A stretch of 64,000 nt of DNA from Eledone cirrhosa (taxonomy: Eukaryota), in NCBI GenBank assembly GCA_964016885.1, contig OZ024758.1, forward strand, positions 12,958,001 through 13,022,000, written 5' to 3'. Every line of letters starts with the position of its first letter. Within the stretch, counting starts at the first letter, position 1. Positions 13,400 through 27,803 of this stretch are shown one piece after another. The notes under the pieces are model-generated. The model saw only the letters and a program-made list of their open reading frames with translations. It searched no databases and was not told the origin of the DNA. The position numbers and the translations under genes were made by a program.

Positions 13400-13605
13400 A
13401 TAATGGAAAAATTTGAACAGGGACAAAACAGAGAGGCAGTACAACAAATGTTTATTAATTTCACGCTCTGGAGGGTGGGGTGTTGGTGGGGGACGACGTT
13501 TCGGGCATAAGCCCTTCCTCAGGTGGGAAGTGTGTGGGAACAGAGTTCAAAGGGTGTGTAGGGGAGTGGTGGAGAGACATATAGCGAAAGGAAACGGTGC
13601 GAATG
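13400..13605 (-). mobile_element. Probable Penelope-like pLTR fragment with minimal hammerhead motif
   Basis: Minus strand reads CUGAGGA-AGGGC-UUAU-GCCC-GAAAC-GUC (~13495-13522), then AATAAA and a (TA)n junction. A second copy is at 18152-18276. Confidence 0.65.
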
Positions 13606-13655
13606 AAAAAATAAAAAATAAAGATAAAAATTTTAAAAAAATAAAAATAAAAAAT

Positions 13656-13688
<33 letters not shown>

Positions 13689-13692
<4 letters not shown>

Positions 13693-13887
13693 AGAGTCAG
13701 GACCCTGACGACTGAGCTCTGGCCGCTTCGACAGCTAGTTCTGAACGTTCTGATGTAGCTCTCGAAACGGCCGGAGCTCAGCCGTCGGTGTCCTGACTCT
13801 TTTCCTATTACCCACTCTACTACCCATAGTATCGAGTACTCTGGTGCGTTATGGTCCACCTGGTTCCTTACCATACTTCCTTCGTAA
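13689..13887 (+). mobile_element. Fold-back (TA)n-inserted element, family P copy 1
   Basis: Inverted arms gaaaagagtcaggac.../...gtcctgactcttttc flank GAAAC-GGCCGGAGCUCAGCC-GUC. Shared tail is cccactctactaccca..gagtactctggtgcgttatggtccacctggttccttacca. Confidence 0.8.
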
Positions 13888-13895
13888 TATATATA

Positions 13896-13933
<38 letters not shown>

Positions 13934-13974
13934 CGAAACATAAGTCAATTGCATGAACTCATAATCCTTTATTT

Positions 13975-14030
13975 ACTGCTATATATATTTCGATGATAGC
14001 CATTGAATGGCTATGACCTCATCAGGCAGT
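13975..14030 (-). ncRNA. Canonical minimal type I hammerhead ribozyme motif
   Basis: ACUGC-CUGAUGA-GGUCAUAGCCAUUCAAUGGCUAUCAUC-GAAA-UAUAUAUA/GCAGU. Stem I is 5 bp, stem II is AUAGCCAUU/AAUGGCUAU, stem III is palindromic AU, and AATAAA follows. It lies in an insert between (TA)n tracts (13930-14092). Confidence 0.75.
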
Positions 14031-14089
14031 TAGTCAGTTCTTAGATATGCCAGCTCTGTGTGTATAGTGTTGATGGTATCAGAGCCTTG

Positions 14090-14135
<46 letters not shown>

Positions 14136-14161
14136 ACATATAGTAATATATATATATATAA

Positions 14162-14362
14162 TTGCACTCAGTACTCCTTTGGGAGCCCCTACATGGACAC
14201 GCTAGAAGAGGAAGACCAAGGTTAACGTATGTTGATGCCCTAAGGACAGACACTGGTCTGTTGGAGATGCAGGACATGGCAGCGATAATGAGGGACAGAG
14301 ACCGCTGGAGAGAACTCGTTCATGGATCTCGGGAATTTTACCCGCCTTAGATAGATAGATAG

Positions 14363-14364
<2 letters not shown>
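14162..14364 (+). mobile_element. RTE/RTE-X-type LINE 3' end with (GATA)n tail
   Basis: HSVLLWEPLHGHARRGRPRLTYVDALRTDTG...DRDRWRELV carries the LW.P....RGRP...DR..W motif. The stop codon runs directly into tagatagatagataga. Confidence 0.75.
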
Positions 14365-14394
<30 letters not shown>

Positions 14395-15125
14395 TAACAT
14401 ATCATTAATCAATGAATGCTTTTTCAAACTCTCATTTCAGTGAAAATTAATTTTCCCGGATTAGGATAGTTAACTGTGGTATGTTGTATGCTGAGTCTAA
14501 AACCTAAAACTTTCCACCAAACAATTGGTGAAAGTAGACAGCAACTAGAGTAAAAATAATATCACTGATACCCTATCGTGACTTGATTCCAATCATTTCA
14601 TTAGTCAACATCAACAATCCATTATCCATGATGTATCGTTGATCCCTTTCCAATATCGTCCATGTTGTTGATATTTATTTCATTTCTCCAATCTCTAGTA
14701 TGTCGTCCATGTTGTTTGTTTTTTCTATTGCTGGCTGCGGTCTTCATAATACGAAAGTATTAAGCGGCCATTTTTGTTTTCTGACATTTTGATATTTTCT
14801 TTTTTTTTGGGGGGGGGGGCTAAATATAATATGTATAGCGGCAAAGAAAAACATTGTGGTATTGTTATTGATATAGAATATATAGAATAATAGAAAATAA
14901 TATATAATAATATATAAAAATATAAAATATATAATAATATATAAAAATAGAAGACATATAATCATATAATAATATAAGATATATATTGATATAGAATATA
15001 TATAATAATATAATAATATATAATAATATAAAATAATATATAATAATATAAAATATATCATAATATAAAATATAAAATAATATAAGATATATAATAATGT
15101 AAATGTATATATATATATAAGTTAT

Positions 15126-15408
15126 ATAATTGTTTCTACTTTTGGCACAAGACCAGCAAATATCCAGTGCATTACTGGTACTTTATTTTATCGACCCCGT
15201 AAGGATGAAAGGGGGTCGATAAAATAAAGTACCAGTAATGCACTGGGTAATTGCTGGCCTTGTGCCAAAAGTAGAAACAATTATTATTAGTAGTACTTCA
15301 AATCCCGCCGAGGTTAACTTTGCCTTTCATCCTTACGGGGTCGATAAAATAAAGTACCAGTAATGCACTGGGTAATTGCTGGCCTTGTGCCTAAAGTAGA
15401 AACAATTA
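15126..15408. mobile_element. Cluster of three SINE 3' halves (first inverted against second)
   Basis: 15126-15210 is on the minus strand. 15211-15290 and 15296-15408 are on the plus strand. All are the same family as 8536. Confidence 0.85.
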
Positions 15409-15658
15409 TGATATAAAATATATACGAAAAAGTGTTGTTAAATTAATAGCAAGCAAAGAAATATGTAAATTAAAGCTAACAGATGCAGCGTCCTTAAAAA
15501 TAGATTTGATATCCAGAGGACTTCTCTCTCTCTCTCTCTCTCCCTCTCTCTCTATATATATATATTATATATGCCAAACTGTAGAGTGCTCAATATTTTA
15601 TATATATATATATATGTTTGTGTGTGTGTGTGTGTGTATGTGTGAGAGAGAGTATTTA

Positions 15659-15705
<47 letters not shown>

Positions 15706-15708
<3 letters not shown>

Positions 15709-15964
15709 CTCTCTATATCAGCCTGTAGTTTGAGGAAAAGAAGGAGAGGAAAGGAGTACAAACTCTTCGTACTCCTGGAGATGAGGGTTGCACATTTTTT
15801 TTCGGGGGTATGTGTTACCCATATAAACTGTCTCCCTCTATTGGGGAAAATCGACTAACTTTTTAAATTCCATTTGTGATAACATTTTACACGTTTTTAT
15901 TGTATGTAAACTTCCCCCTTTGTATTTGTCCCCTTCTTTTGTGCCCCTGTGGCTAATAAAGAAA
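15706..15964 (+). mobile_element. Tx1-like subfamily B 3' end inserted in (TCTA)n
   Basis: Nearly identical to the reverse complement of 41931-42192. Encodes the ORF2 end (SLYISL*) and finishes gcccctgtggctaataaagaaa, with (TCTA)n on both sides. Confidence 0.9.
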
Positions 15965-16037
15965 TATATCTATCTATCTATCTATCTATTTATCTATCTA
16001 TTTATCTATCTATTTATCTATCTATTTCTATCTCTCA

Positions 16038-16077
<40 letters not shown>

Positions 16078-16086
16078 TCAATTTTA

Positions 16087-16163
<77 letters not shown>

Positions 16164-16325
16164 TTACAACGCTTAGTTTATTTGGCTGTTATTTATAGCA
16201 GGTCGAACGGCCATGTTGCGGTTTCGTCTTGTTTTTTCGTGTTTCTTTTTTTTGGGGGGGGGTGAGTTTATATCACGTTAAAATAAAAAAAATGGTGTAT
16301 TTTCGTTGTGATTTTACTGTTGTTT

Positions 16326-16365
<40 letters not shown>

Positions 16366-16913
16366 GTTTGTTTTATTTTCAATATTTATTTTATTTTACT
16401 TTGCCTCAATAAGGAATAGAAAAGAACGACAGAAAGCGAGGATATAGAAAACATTGACTCGCTAAATGAATAATTCAAATGTCTAACAAAGTAAATACAA
16501 CAGAAATTACCGTAACAGACAGCCATATAAATAAATAAAGGGAAGGAGGGGAGAAAGAGAGAAAGAAAGATAGAGAGAGAAATATAAAGAAAGAAAGGAG
16601 AGAAGAAAGATAAAGAATGGAGGAGGGAATGAAAAGTCATAAGAATTCTTCCAGTTTAAGGCCATTTCTTTTTGCAGGATCACGCTTTACTTGCAGAGAC
16701 GGAACATTGAGTGAGACGAAAAGAAAACAAACGATTTATTTACATTCTTGAAGTATTGTCAACTTTTGGTCTTTTATTCCACTCTGCTGCCAATGTCGAC
16801 TCTTTGACGACAATGTTTATATACCATTTCTCCAATAAATGCAAATAAAACAAACTTATACAAAACAATTTTTTTTTTTTTTGCTTTGCTTATCACATCA
16901 ACCTCTAACTATC

Positions 16914-17345
16914 TCTTCTTCTTCTTCTTCTTCTTCTTCTTCTTCTTCTTCTTCTTCTTCTTCTTCTTCTTCTTCTTCTTCCTGAGAGGGTCGTGGGGAA
17001 GCCAAAGTCCTCAAACACTTCCTCCAGTGGGTCGTGTCAGAAGCAACTGCCTCCAACTGATCCGGCTTGATCCCCAAGCGTGACTAGCCAAGCTCATTTC
17101 ATTGATGTTATCCAACCATCTTGCTCAGGGGTCTACCCCTGGGTCTCCTACCTGATGGTTTTGCCCGTAAAATCTGACCAGTGATTCTCTCCTGAGACAT
17201 TCTAACCACATGCCCATAGTATCGGAGCTGTGATCTCTCAATTCGGACAAGTAGCGGCTCTAGCTGGAGTGACACTCTGATCTCCGAGCTACACATTCTT
17301 TCCTGAGACATTCTAACCACATAACCATAGTATCGGCGCTGTGCC
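16914..17345 (-). mobile_element. RTE-clade LINE 3' fragment with (GAA)n tail
   Basis: LLVRIERSQLRYYGHVVRMSQERITGQILRAKPSGRRPRGRP motif. An internal ~40-bp duplication is at 17191/17302 and (GAA)n is at 16914-16981. Confidence 0.8.
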
Positions 17346-17913
17346 ATTCAAATATTAGTTCATTTCATCACTCTGCCTAATCTAAGATATCGAATACAGT
17401 GTACCCACATCATACGCGGTCAAAAATCGTGTATGCTGAAGACCCTTCTATAAAAGCGTGAATGCGCGACAATGTTTTGGAGAAGGCATGACGTCAGTTT
17501 CTCTGGAGTTTGAGAAAACTCAACAAAAGAATAACCGCAGTGGGAGTTCGAAGTATTTCCTCCCATTAGCTTTAATAATAGGAATATTAAAACTCTACTT
17601 CGGTATTGAGTCCTCTTTTCTCTCAGCCGTCAAACACATGCAGATATATATACATATACATATACATACATATACATATATATATATATATATATAAAAT
17701 GTGAGAAAAATGTGAGAAAAACAACAGACCCTCCATCTCAACTCTACATTTGAAAAGCAGAAGAATTGCGAAACCGGTAAAGGAACCAAATAAATATATA
17801 TATATTTTTTTTAATAAGACCCCAGTTGCATTTTCGATTTCATCTTTTTTTCTTTAGACTTTCACTCGTGTAGGACACCTCGGTTATTTTTCATTTTGTA
17901 AAAAAAACCTCAC

Positions 17914-17951
<38 letters not shown>

Positions 17952-18085
17952 AGGAGTTGACGGACCCAGCATATTTATCAATGCCAGGACAGGTTGTATC
18001 TCAGCGTACCCTACTACTACCGAGTATTCTCTTGAAAAATAATCGTCTAACTAGTTTAATACTGGTTTAATCCTTATATATATAC

Positions 18086-18151
<66 letters not shown>

Positions 18152-18156
<5 letters not shown>

Positions 18157-18276
18157 GGAAAATTTGAACAGGAACAAACCAGAGAGGCAGTACAACGAAT
18201 GTTTATTAATTTCACGCTCTGGATAGTGGGGTGGTGGTGGGGAACGACGTTTCGGGCATAAGCCCTTCTTCAGGTG
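18152..18276 (-). mobile_element. Probable Penelope-like pLTR fragment with minimal hammerhead motif, (TA)n on both sides
   Basis: CUGAAGA-AGGGC-UUAU-GCCC-GAAAC-GUC. Homologous to 13400-13525. Confidence 0.65.
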
Positions 18277-18410
18277 TATATATATATATACACACACAAA
18301 TATATATATATATATATATATATAAGTATATAAATGAAGTAATTCCGTCGGAAAGGTCCAGGAAAAAAGAGTGCTCTATATATATACATATATATATATA
18401 TATATACATT

Positions 18411-18455
<45 letters not shown>

Positions 18456-18651
18456 CAGGATTAAACCAGTATTAAACTAGTTCTTCAACAGAATACTCGC
18501 TAGTTTGGGATAGTAGAGTGCAGCTCTATCCAATATATATATATATATATATATAGTTGAGTAGAGGGAGTAAAATTTCCTACAAATAAAAAGACTATAA
18601 GCGTGTGTGTGATGTATATATATATCCGCATATATATATATATATATATAT

Positions 18652-18814
18652 AGGAACGAGTAGGACCCCGACGGCTGAGCTCAAGAATTAGCCGCGAAAC
18701 GGCTTGAGCTCAGCCGTCGGGGTCCTACTCGTTCCTATTACCCACTCTACTACCCTAAGTATTGAGTACTTTGGTGCGTTATGGTCCACTTGGTTCCTTA
18801 GCACATTTCCTTCG

Positions 18815-18816
<2 letters not shown>
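18652..18816 (+). mobile_element. Fold-back family P copy 2
   Basis: Arms aggaacgagtaggaccccgacggctgagctcaag and cttgagctcagccgtcggggtcctactcgttcct, with the same tail and (TA)n flanks. Confidence 0.8.
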
Positions 18817-18894
<78 letters not shown>

Positions 18895-19289
18895 GAGGTA
18901 GACTGTTTTTACATATACTACATAGGTAAGTATACAAACATGTAACATACATACATTAATGAGAAGGATGTATATGCCCGTGGGTGTTCTTGGATGGGTG
19001 GTACTTTGTTTTCGCCGATCGTTCGCTATTTTAATGTAATACACTATAATGTTGTAAACATGATACTTACATATAACTTACTTCTACATACTCACCAACA
19101 TACAGATACGCTCACATCAACACACACATATATATATATATATACACACACACATGCACAACCATATACATTTCTTATAACTAGAAACTTGATTATATAC
19201 ACACATTTACAAACACACAAATACAAATTATACACATATATTATTTAATTATAATTACACAAATAAATAACATAATATATATATATAAT

Positions 19290-19438
<149 letters not shown>

Positions 19439-19596
19439 TATGTGTGTGTATATATATATATAAATATATATATGCATATACATATATACACATAAATACA
19501 CTTATGTAAACATAACATCTGTCTTTACGTCATTGCTTACATACACACGCACACGCACACACACACACACACATACACACACATATATATATATAC

Positions 19597-19642
<46 letters not shown>

Positions 19643-19692
19643 GTGTATATGCGTGTCTCCCTCTCTCTCTCTATCTATCTATCTATCTCTCC

Positions 19693-19737
<45 letters not shown>

Positions 19738-20849
19738 TGAACACTCACATAAACACGTTATATATCATGAATGAACACATCTCATTTGCCACACACAAAC
19801 ACAAACATTTGAAAGTGTTGCAGACTTCTACAGACATGTTATCATTACTTTAGCTCATGATTCTCCTTTACAATCAGCCATATTTCCTGTTCTCCTTATC
19901 TGAAATAGATTCACCGTACCACTACAACTTCTAAGGAACATTCTGCCAATAAAAGTCCTATATAATTAACTGAATACTTCCTTCAAAAATTTCAATCTGT
20001 TTAAATTACAATAAAAGCCTCGAGTTATTTAGAAAATAGACTCATTGCTTCTTTTATTTTTCCTGTTTAGCAAATTAACCAATGGCGACAGGTCTATATT
20101 CTGTAAACCACGTTTTGCAATGTGACTGATTTAGAGAACCTAAACAACAAAAATAGAGAAAGAGAAAAGAGAAAAGAGAGGTGCCATTTACCCATGCGGT
20201 TTATAAAAGCTCACTGGATATGTCCAGAAGAACATCCCCAATCTTTTTAAAAGAACAATTAGATTCTCGGGAGACATCGGTTGTTCCTTGATCTGCAAAA
20301 ACTGACGAACGTTTAAAGCCAGACCGGACGTGACAGCTGTACTGTTTCTGATTCAGAAACAAAAGATCCACGCCCATCGGTCACTTGATCGGAAAACTAA
20401 GTGCTGTGAAAAGACTACAAGATTAGTTAAGACTCTTGTTCCGACAGATGCCGAGCGTGACTTCAGTTGATGATCGGCCATCTCCGGTAACGGCTATATT
20501 AGTTATTAAAGACACGTATGTGCCATTGGCCTAGCGTAAGGCGCGTACCATGAAACAATGAGAGACAATTGTTACGAAACGAAGCACTGGCCCTGCTAAG
20601 TGAAATGTTTAATCCAGCGGCTGACACCAACCGTGATAGAATAGATTTAATATCGAGAAATTGATCAACTATTGGTGTGACGATGGGCCAGGGAGTCTGC
20701 AAGCGGGTATTTAACTTTAGGTCTATTGTTCCTTCTTTGGATTTAATTTCAAAGGCGATAGTTCAAAATCGACGATATTGACAGTTGGTCGAGATCCATT
20801 TCCTCCCCCACTCCCCCCTCCTCTCTCTCTCTCTCTCTCTCTCTTTATT

Positions 20850-20905
<56 letters not shown>

Positions 20906-21000
20906 TATTTCTCTATTTGTCTCCCCCTTTCTTTCTCTATTTACCTCTTTCTCTCTTTGCCTCTGTCCATCTCTCATTCATATATATATATATTTTTATA

Positions 21001-21100
<100 letters not shown>

Positions 21101-21114
21101 CATACATACATACA

Positions 21115-21150
<36 letters not shown>

Positions 21151-21174
21151 TGTATGTATGTATGTGTGTGTATA

Positions 21175-21215
<41 letters not shown>

Positions 21216-21984
21216 GCTCCTCTCTCTATCTATAAATCCCTTTCTCTCTCTCTCCCCCTTCTCTCTCTCTCTCTCTAATTGGATACGCCTATTTCCCAGA
21301 TAGCATCAATCAGATCGAAGTGAGTCAGATCTAACTGGAAAATCATAAAAACAAACGAGTGGAATGCGTATCGAATCGAATGGTCAATGGATCGCGCACG
21401 TGTCGGCTGACGTTCGCTTTCCTTTTGTTGTGTAAAATCATCGCAAAATGGTAGCCTAATAGACCTATTGATGCTTCTTAATAGGAGATGTGGTTGGTGA
21501 CTGGATGGATATGGGTTGGGGACGAACGACCAAACGTTTGTAAGAACGGACAGTCGTTTTCTCGAACGTTTTGAGGGGAGAGTGCGATTAAATAAGCTGA
21601 TAGATTCTATTACATTAACAAAACACTAGAAAGTTTTTATTAGATATTAATCAATAACAACAACGTTGGCAATATCTAAATCAACAACTACAGCAACAAC
21701 AACAATAGCAACAACAGCAATAACAACAGTAACAACAGTAATAACAACAGCAACGATATCAATGAGAAAACAACTTTGTATACACCGGAGCTCACACATA
21801 AATGAACACAAAGACAAACATACACGTGTGAATGAGTAGGAAGATGTTTATGTATGTTTTTGTGAGGGTGTATATATATTCAAATGTTACAGTTTCACAA
21901 CGAACGTGTAGGAGAATATACAATACGTTGTGTAGAGTATATGTATTTCTTCTCGCAATGACAGACACACACACGTATGTCTGC

Positions 21985-22022
<38 letters not shown>

Positions 22023-22033
22023 TATGTATATAT

Positions 22034-22222
22034 AGGAAAAGAGTCAGGATCCCGTCGGCTGAGCTCCGGCCGTTTCGACTGCTAGATCTGAACTCGTTGT
22101 CGAAACGGCTGGAGCTCAGCCGTTGGGGTCCTGACTCTTTTCCTATCACCCGCTCTACTACCCAAAGCATCGAGTACTCTGGTGCGTTATGGTCTACCTG
22201 GTTTCTTACCACACTTTCTTTG

Positions 22223-22228
<6 letters not shown>
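22034..22228 (+). mobile_element. Fold-back family P copy 3
   Basis: Same architecture as 13689, with (TA)n flanks. Confidence 0.8.
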
Positions 22229-22279
<51 letters not shown>

Positions 22280-22367
22280 ATTAGGAATATACTCAGGTAT
22301 TTCCTAATGTTTGTTGAGTGAGTTGGAATTTGGCCGGAGTATCGCTATTAGCTTTCTCCGATTATGT

Positions 22368-22411
<44 letters not shown>

Positions 22412-23469
22412 TTTTAATATTTTGATATATATATTATCCTTATCGGGCCCTCTTTGGATTTTAGTCTTCACATTTATTATTATTACTATATATATATATA
22501 TATATATAGTTTTGGTGGTTTTAGATGTTGCTTTCTGGTTATGTTGAGGCACCTATTTCATGGGAACTTAGCCAAACATATCACAGTTCTAACTATATAT
22601 ATATATATATGTGTGTGTGTGAGAGAGTATGTGTGCGTATGTATATATGTATGTATGTATTATGTACATAAATAGTTACATATATCTTTTATTTATATAG
22701 TCACAATGCATGTAATATGTACACAGAGGCTTCCATCTGTTCTTTGACCTGCCAGAAATCCTAAAATCACCCTTTGTCTAAAAAGAAACGAAAGTCTACG
22801 TTGGATAACGTGCTTCTAGTGTAGACAATGAGTTAGGAGAATCAGTAGAGCATGGCACAATATGGGTTCAAATCCCGCCGAGGTCAACTTTATTCTTCTA
22901 TGTTACAGCATGAATAAATTAAAGTTCCCCGTCCAGAGTTTAACACCACTACCTGGATCTTGCGAGTCTTTAATTGAATTAATTCTTCTGTTGCAAATAT
23001 TTATATCAGGTCTTCAGTTTGTGGGTAACTTCCTTCCGACGGTCTTGTAAGGGCTGAAGCGGGGCAGGGGAAATGAATCATGGGCTATAACTATTTCAGT
23101 GATAGAGAAATTACGGCTATATCCCGCTCGGAACTCGGAAAATAGGTATTAGAAATAGACCTGTTTTATAGGCAGGTTTATTTTAATCCCTTGAGATTTA
23201 TTAGTTTTATTTTAATTTCTTATATGATCTGGTCCCTAACAAGAAAATCATGACCCAATTAAGTGAAATTGTTGACCTAATTCCAATCTTCTTTTACTTT
23301 CCCGTTTGATATATTTTTTACGATATCCCTTAAAAGGGGTCCTTTCTCATTAAATAACCACCATAATGTAGAACAAAAGGAAATGTCCAGGATGACAATT
23401 AGGATCAAAATTTTAGGGGAGTTTTTTACTACGCTTAATAACGATTATCTATCAAATATATACATATAT

Positions 23470-23551
<82 letters not shown>

Positions 23552-23869
23552 GTAACATTAAGACCTTTATTGCTCCAATCAGTCCACAAAACACTTAGTA
23601 AACACCCTAAACCGAACACCATCTTGCACTCATGACTCCTGCTAAACCAAACCCTGACCCAGCCCACTAAATTCGGCAAACCAAACGCGGACGACCCACC
23701 TTCTCAAACTCTGCATACCAACCCGGACCACAAAAGCTTCCAGTTTTATGGAGGGTTATTCTCATGGAGAAGATTAATGATCAAAGATTTTCAAGTCGTG
23801 AATTTCCTAATTCTTTATTTCTATTCAATGGTATAGTGTCTCCGGCTCTCTGATCTCTAAGTCCAGATC

Positions 23870-24200
23870 CCACCAAGGTAAACTTTGCTTTTCATCCTTT
23901 CGAGGTTGATGATATAAAAAAAAGTACCAGTCAAGTACTGGGGTCGATTCTTCCTCTATATATCTCTTTCTCACTTCCTTTCTCTCAATCTCTATCCTTC
24001 TCTGGAAGAAATCTGCTGTATTCAGACCTGGAGAAGGATAATCTCCGCCCTAGAAACCCCGTAGGGGAGACGAAATTCGATTATATCAACCCTAGTGCAT
24101 TACTGGTACTTTATTTTATCGATTCCATAAGGATTCAAGGCAAAGCTAACCTCGGCGGGATTTGAACTGAGAATGTAAAGGGACGTAACTCTAATATGCT
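23870..24200. mobile_element. Two degenerate SINE copies in opposite orientation
   Basis: Plus-strand aactttgcttttcatcctttcgaggttgat..agtaccag at 23881-23930. Minus-strand copy at 24095-24200. Confidence 0.7.
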
Positions 24201-24403
24201 ACAGCGTATAAGATCCTCTCGGGTCTTATACTCTGCATCATTGATCCGTCCTCGGTCTCTTTCCTTCAGCGGTTCTGTCGTTGTCTGTACGAGGTAGTCG
24301 CTACTGTGATAAACAGTGCTAGAGACATGGAAAGAGTTGAAAATGTTATCAATATGCTAACAACTTAGTGTGAACAGCTATCATCGCTGACAACGGAAAC
24401 TCA

Positions 24404-24443
<40 letters not shown>

Positions 24444-24486
24444 ACGCCATGTAAATTAGTCGACACCATTACTGTAACGAACAGAA

Positions 24487-25025
24487 GGTGGTGGTGTGGG
24501 GTGGTAGTGGTGATGGTGGAGGTGGTAGTGGTGGTGGTGGTGGTGATGGTGGAGGTGTTAGTGGTGTTGGTGGTGGTGGCAACGGTGATTGTGGTGATGG
24601 TGGTGGTTGTGGTGGTAGTGGTGGTAGTGATTGTGGTGGTAATTGTGATGGTGGTGGTGGTGGTGGTGATGATGGTGGTGGTGGTAGTGGTGGTGGTGGT
24701 GGCAACGTTGATTGTGGTGGTGGTGGTGGTGATTGTGGTGGTGGCGGTGGTGGTGATTGTGGTGGTGGTAGTGGTGGTGGTGATTGTGGTGGTGGTGATG
24801 GTGGTGGTGATTGTGGTGGTGGTGATGGTGGAGGTGGTGATGGTGGAGGTGGTAGTGGTGGTGCTGGCAACGGTGATTGTGGTGGTGGTGATTGTGGTGG
24901 TGGTGGTGGTGATAATGGCGATGATTGTGGTGGTGGTGATTGTGGTGGTGGTGGTGATGATGGTGGTGGTGGTGGTGGTGGTGGTGGTGGTGGTAAAGGT
25001 GGTCGTGTTAGTGGTGGTGGCGATG
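24487..25025. repeat. (GGT)n-based low-complexity tract
   Basis: Degenerate GGT/GAT triplets with a recurrent gattgt motif. Confidence 0.9.
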
Positions 25026-25499
25026 TTAGGAGATAGCTTTATGGAGTGTATGTACGTGCATGTGTATGCGTACCTATGTATGTCTATATGTGACTATGTG
25101 TATGTGCATGTGTGCCTACGTCCATGTGTGCCTATGTGTATGTTTATATGTATGTGTCCGTCAGGTCTATGTGTGTATATATATGTGTTTGTATATATGT
25201 GTGTGTATACGTGTATGTGTGCCTATGTATGTGTATATGCGCCTATGTATATGTGCATTTTTGCCTGTGTGTATGTGTGCCTGTGTATATCTATATGTGC
25301 CTATGTGTATGTACCTATGTATGTGTACGCCTGCCTAAGTATGTATATGTGTGTGTGTGTGTATGTGTTTATATATATATATATGTTTGTGTATTTGTAT
25401 ATATATATATATACAAATACACAAACATATATATATATGTATGTATGTGTATTTGTATATGTATATATATATATATATATATATACAAATACACAAACA

Positions 25500-25530
<31 letters not shown>

Positions 25531-25547
25531 ATTTGTATATGTATATA

Positions 25548-25581
<34 letters not shown>

Positions 25582-25673
25582 CAAATACACATACACATAT
25601 ATATATGTTTGTGTATTTGTATATATATATATATATACAAATACGCAAACATATATGTATGTATGTGTATATG

Positions 25674-25713
<40 letters not shown>

Positions 25714-25725
25714 AATACACAAACA

Positions 25726-25859
<134 letters not shown>

Positions 25860-25864
25860 CAAAC

Positions 25865-25937
<73 letters not shown>

Positions 25938-26758
25938 ATATATGTATGTGTACTTGCGCTGCAGTTGTGCATAACAAGCAGGTAGCTAAGCTGTCAACTG
26001 TAGTAATCAGTAATCAGTGATACAATTCTTAACTGCAACTCCGATCAAACGACCCTGGCCAGTCTGTCTCGTATCTTATAAAGTTCAATTCGGGCCGCAT
26101 GGAAATGGTAAACGAAACTGATCAAAAACACTGATAAGAGCAAATAACGCACGACAAGTAATTGTAGAAAATCTGTTTAAATTCCCTGTCTACACAGATT
26201 CAGAATCAGAATCCAAGAACTACAGAGTTACAGGCGAGAACTTAACAACAACACATTTCAAGGATTTGGTTTTGTTTGTAAATTAAACGACGATAGGAAG
26301 TGATATAATAAATGTAATGTAAATCTATGGAACACGGTTTGGGAAGTAAATGTTATCGCCACCACCACCATCATCATCACAATCAGAGCCAGTAGCAGCA
26401 TCACCGCAACCGTCATCACACGATTACCGCCACTGTCACCGCCACTAAAACATATCACCACCACCAGCTGCAGCAGTAACAGCACCACCACCACCACCAC
26501 CACCACCAGCAACAGGAGTATCACCATCATCACCATCATCACCATCATCACCAGCAGCAACGCTACATTAACCACCACTACCACAAGCCCCGGCACCATC
26601 ACCAATATGTAAAACATTTCAGACATGCAATAACTACACATTTTATATCTATGTTAGAAACCGACTCTGTGCTGGTAAAAATTTATAAAATTATTATCAA
26701 GCGATGGTTGCGCTTGAAGCTTTTTTAAGTGAGGAAAGGCTTTGCACGAAAAGGCTTT

Positions 26759-26817
26759 TTTCTGATGAGTGAAGACAGACATAAGTGTCAAGCTCTTCAA
26801 GAAACCATTGGTAAATG
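26759..26817 (+). ncRNA. Hammerhead ribozyme-like motif
   Basis: CUGAUGA-GUGAAGA...UCUUCAA-GAAAC-CAUUG-GUA, followed by AATAAA and a (TA)n junction at ~26895. Stem I is weak. Confidence 0.55.
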
Positions 26818-26888
26818 AATAAATTATCTTATGTTGTTTATTACATAACTAAAAAGCTCTGTAGCCTACATAGAGCAGTCTCTTTTCC

Positions 26889-26938
<50 letters not shown>

Positions 26939-27033
26939 CATATATATATATATATATATAGACACACAAAAGCAAGATGGCTTAGGACAGAACAAAGGAG
27001 ACGCACAAAAACAAAGAAAAAAATCCCCAGTGG

Positions 27034-27068
27034 CTGAAGAGGTCACAGAATGTGTGACGAAAGAACTT
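27034..27068 (+). ncRNA. Hammerhead core-like motif (degenerate)
   Basis: CUGAAGA-GGUCACA-GAAUG-UGUGAC-GAAAG inside a (TA)n-flanked insert (26960-27280). Stems I and III are poor. Confidence 0.4.
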
Positions 27069-27276
27069 TGACAATATATAAACAACTATTTGGTTGTGGA
27101 ACCGACCAACCGGAAATTTATACATTCCTAAATTTATAAATTTATTATAATAAATTGAAGTGAATGCAACCGGTACGTGTGTTTCTTATTGGCAACATGA
27201 CCCTCCCAAAGTATAACAATATCGGTTTCAACACAGGTTTTCAGATAAAGAATCTTGCTAAACAAATTCAGAAACG

Positions 27277-27343
<67 letters not shown>

Positions 27344-27486
27344 AATATAATGAATCAAAACATATCAAATATGTTAAAATTCTATGCTTCTCAATAAACG
27401 AGCTCAATAGACTTTATCCAGAGCAAATAATAAATCAAATGTAAAAGATATATGTATATATATCCCTATATATACATATATCTTCT

Positions 27487-27568
<82 letters not shown>

Positions 27569-27803
27569 ACATAAATTATATATACATAAACATATATTAC
27601 TTGTATGTTTCCAGTGTTTATTTGATCACAGTTTAAGCAGTAATTTCACCATTACCAATAGCTAATCAATATACAATCAGAACGAATGCCAATTAGTTTA
27701 ATTCCAATTCTATTTGTTATATCTATTTATTTATTTGTTTTTCAACATCGAAGTGATCACCATCATCGATACTATCACTACTATCATTATTATTATTATT
27801 ATT

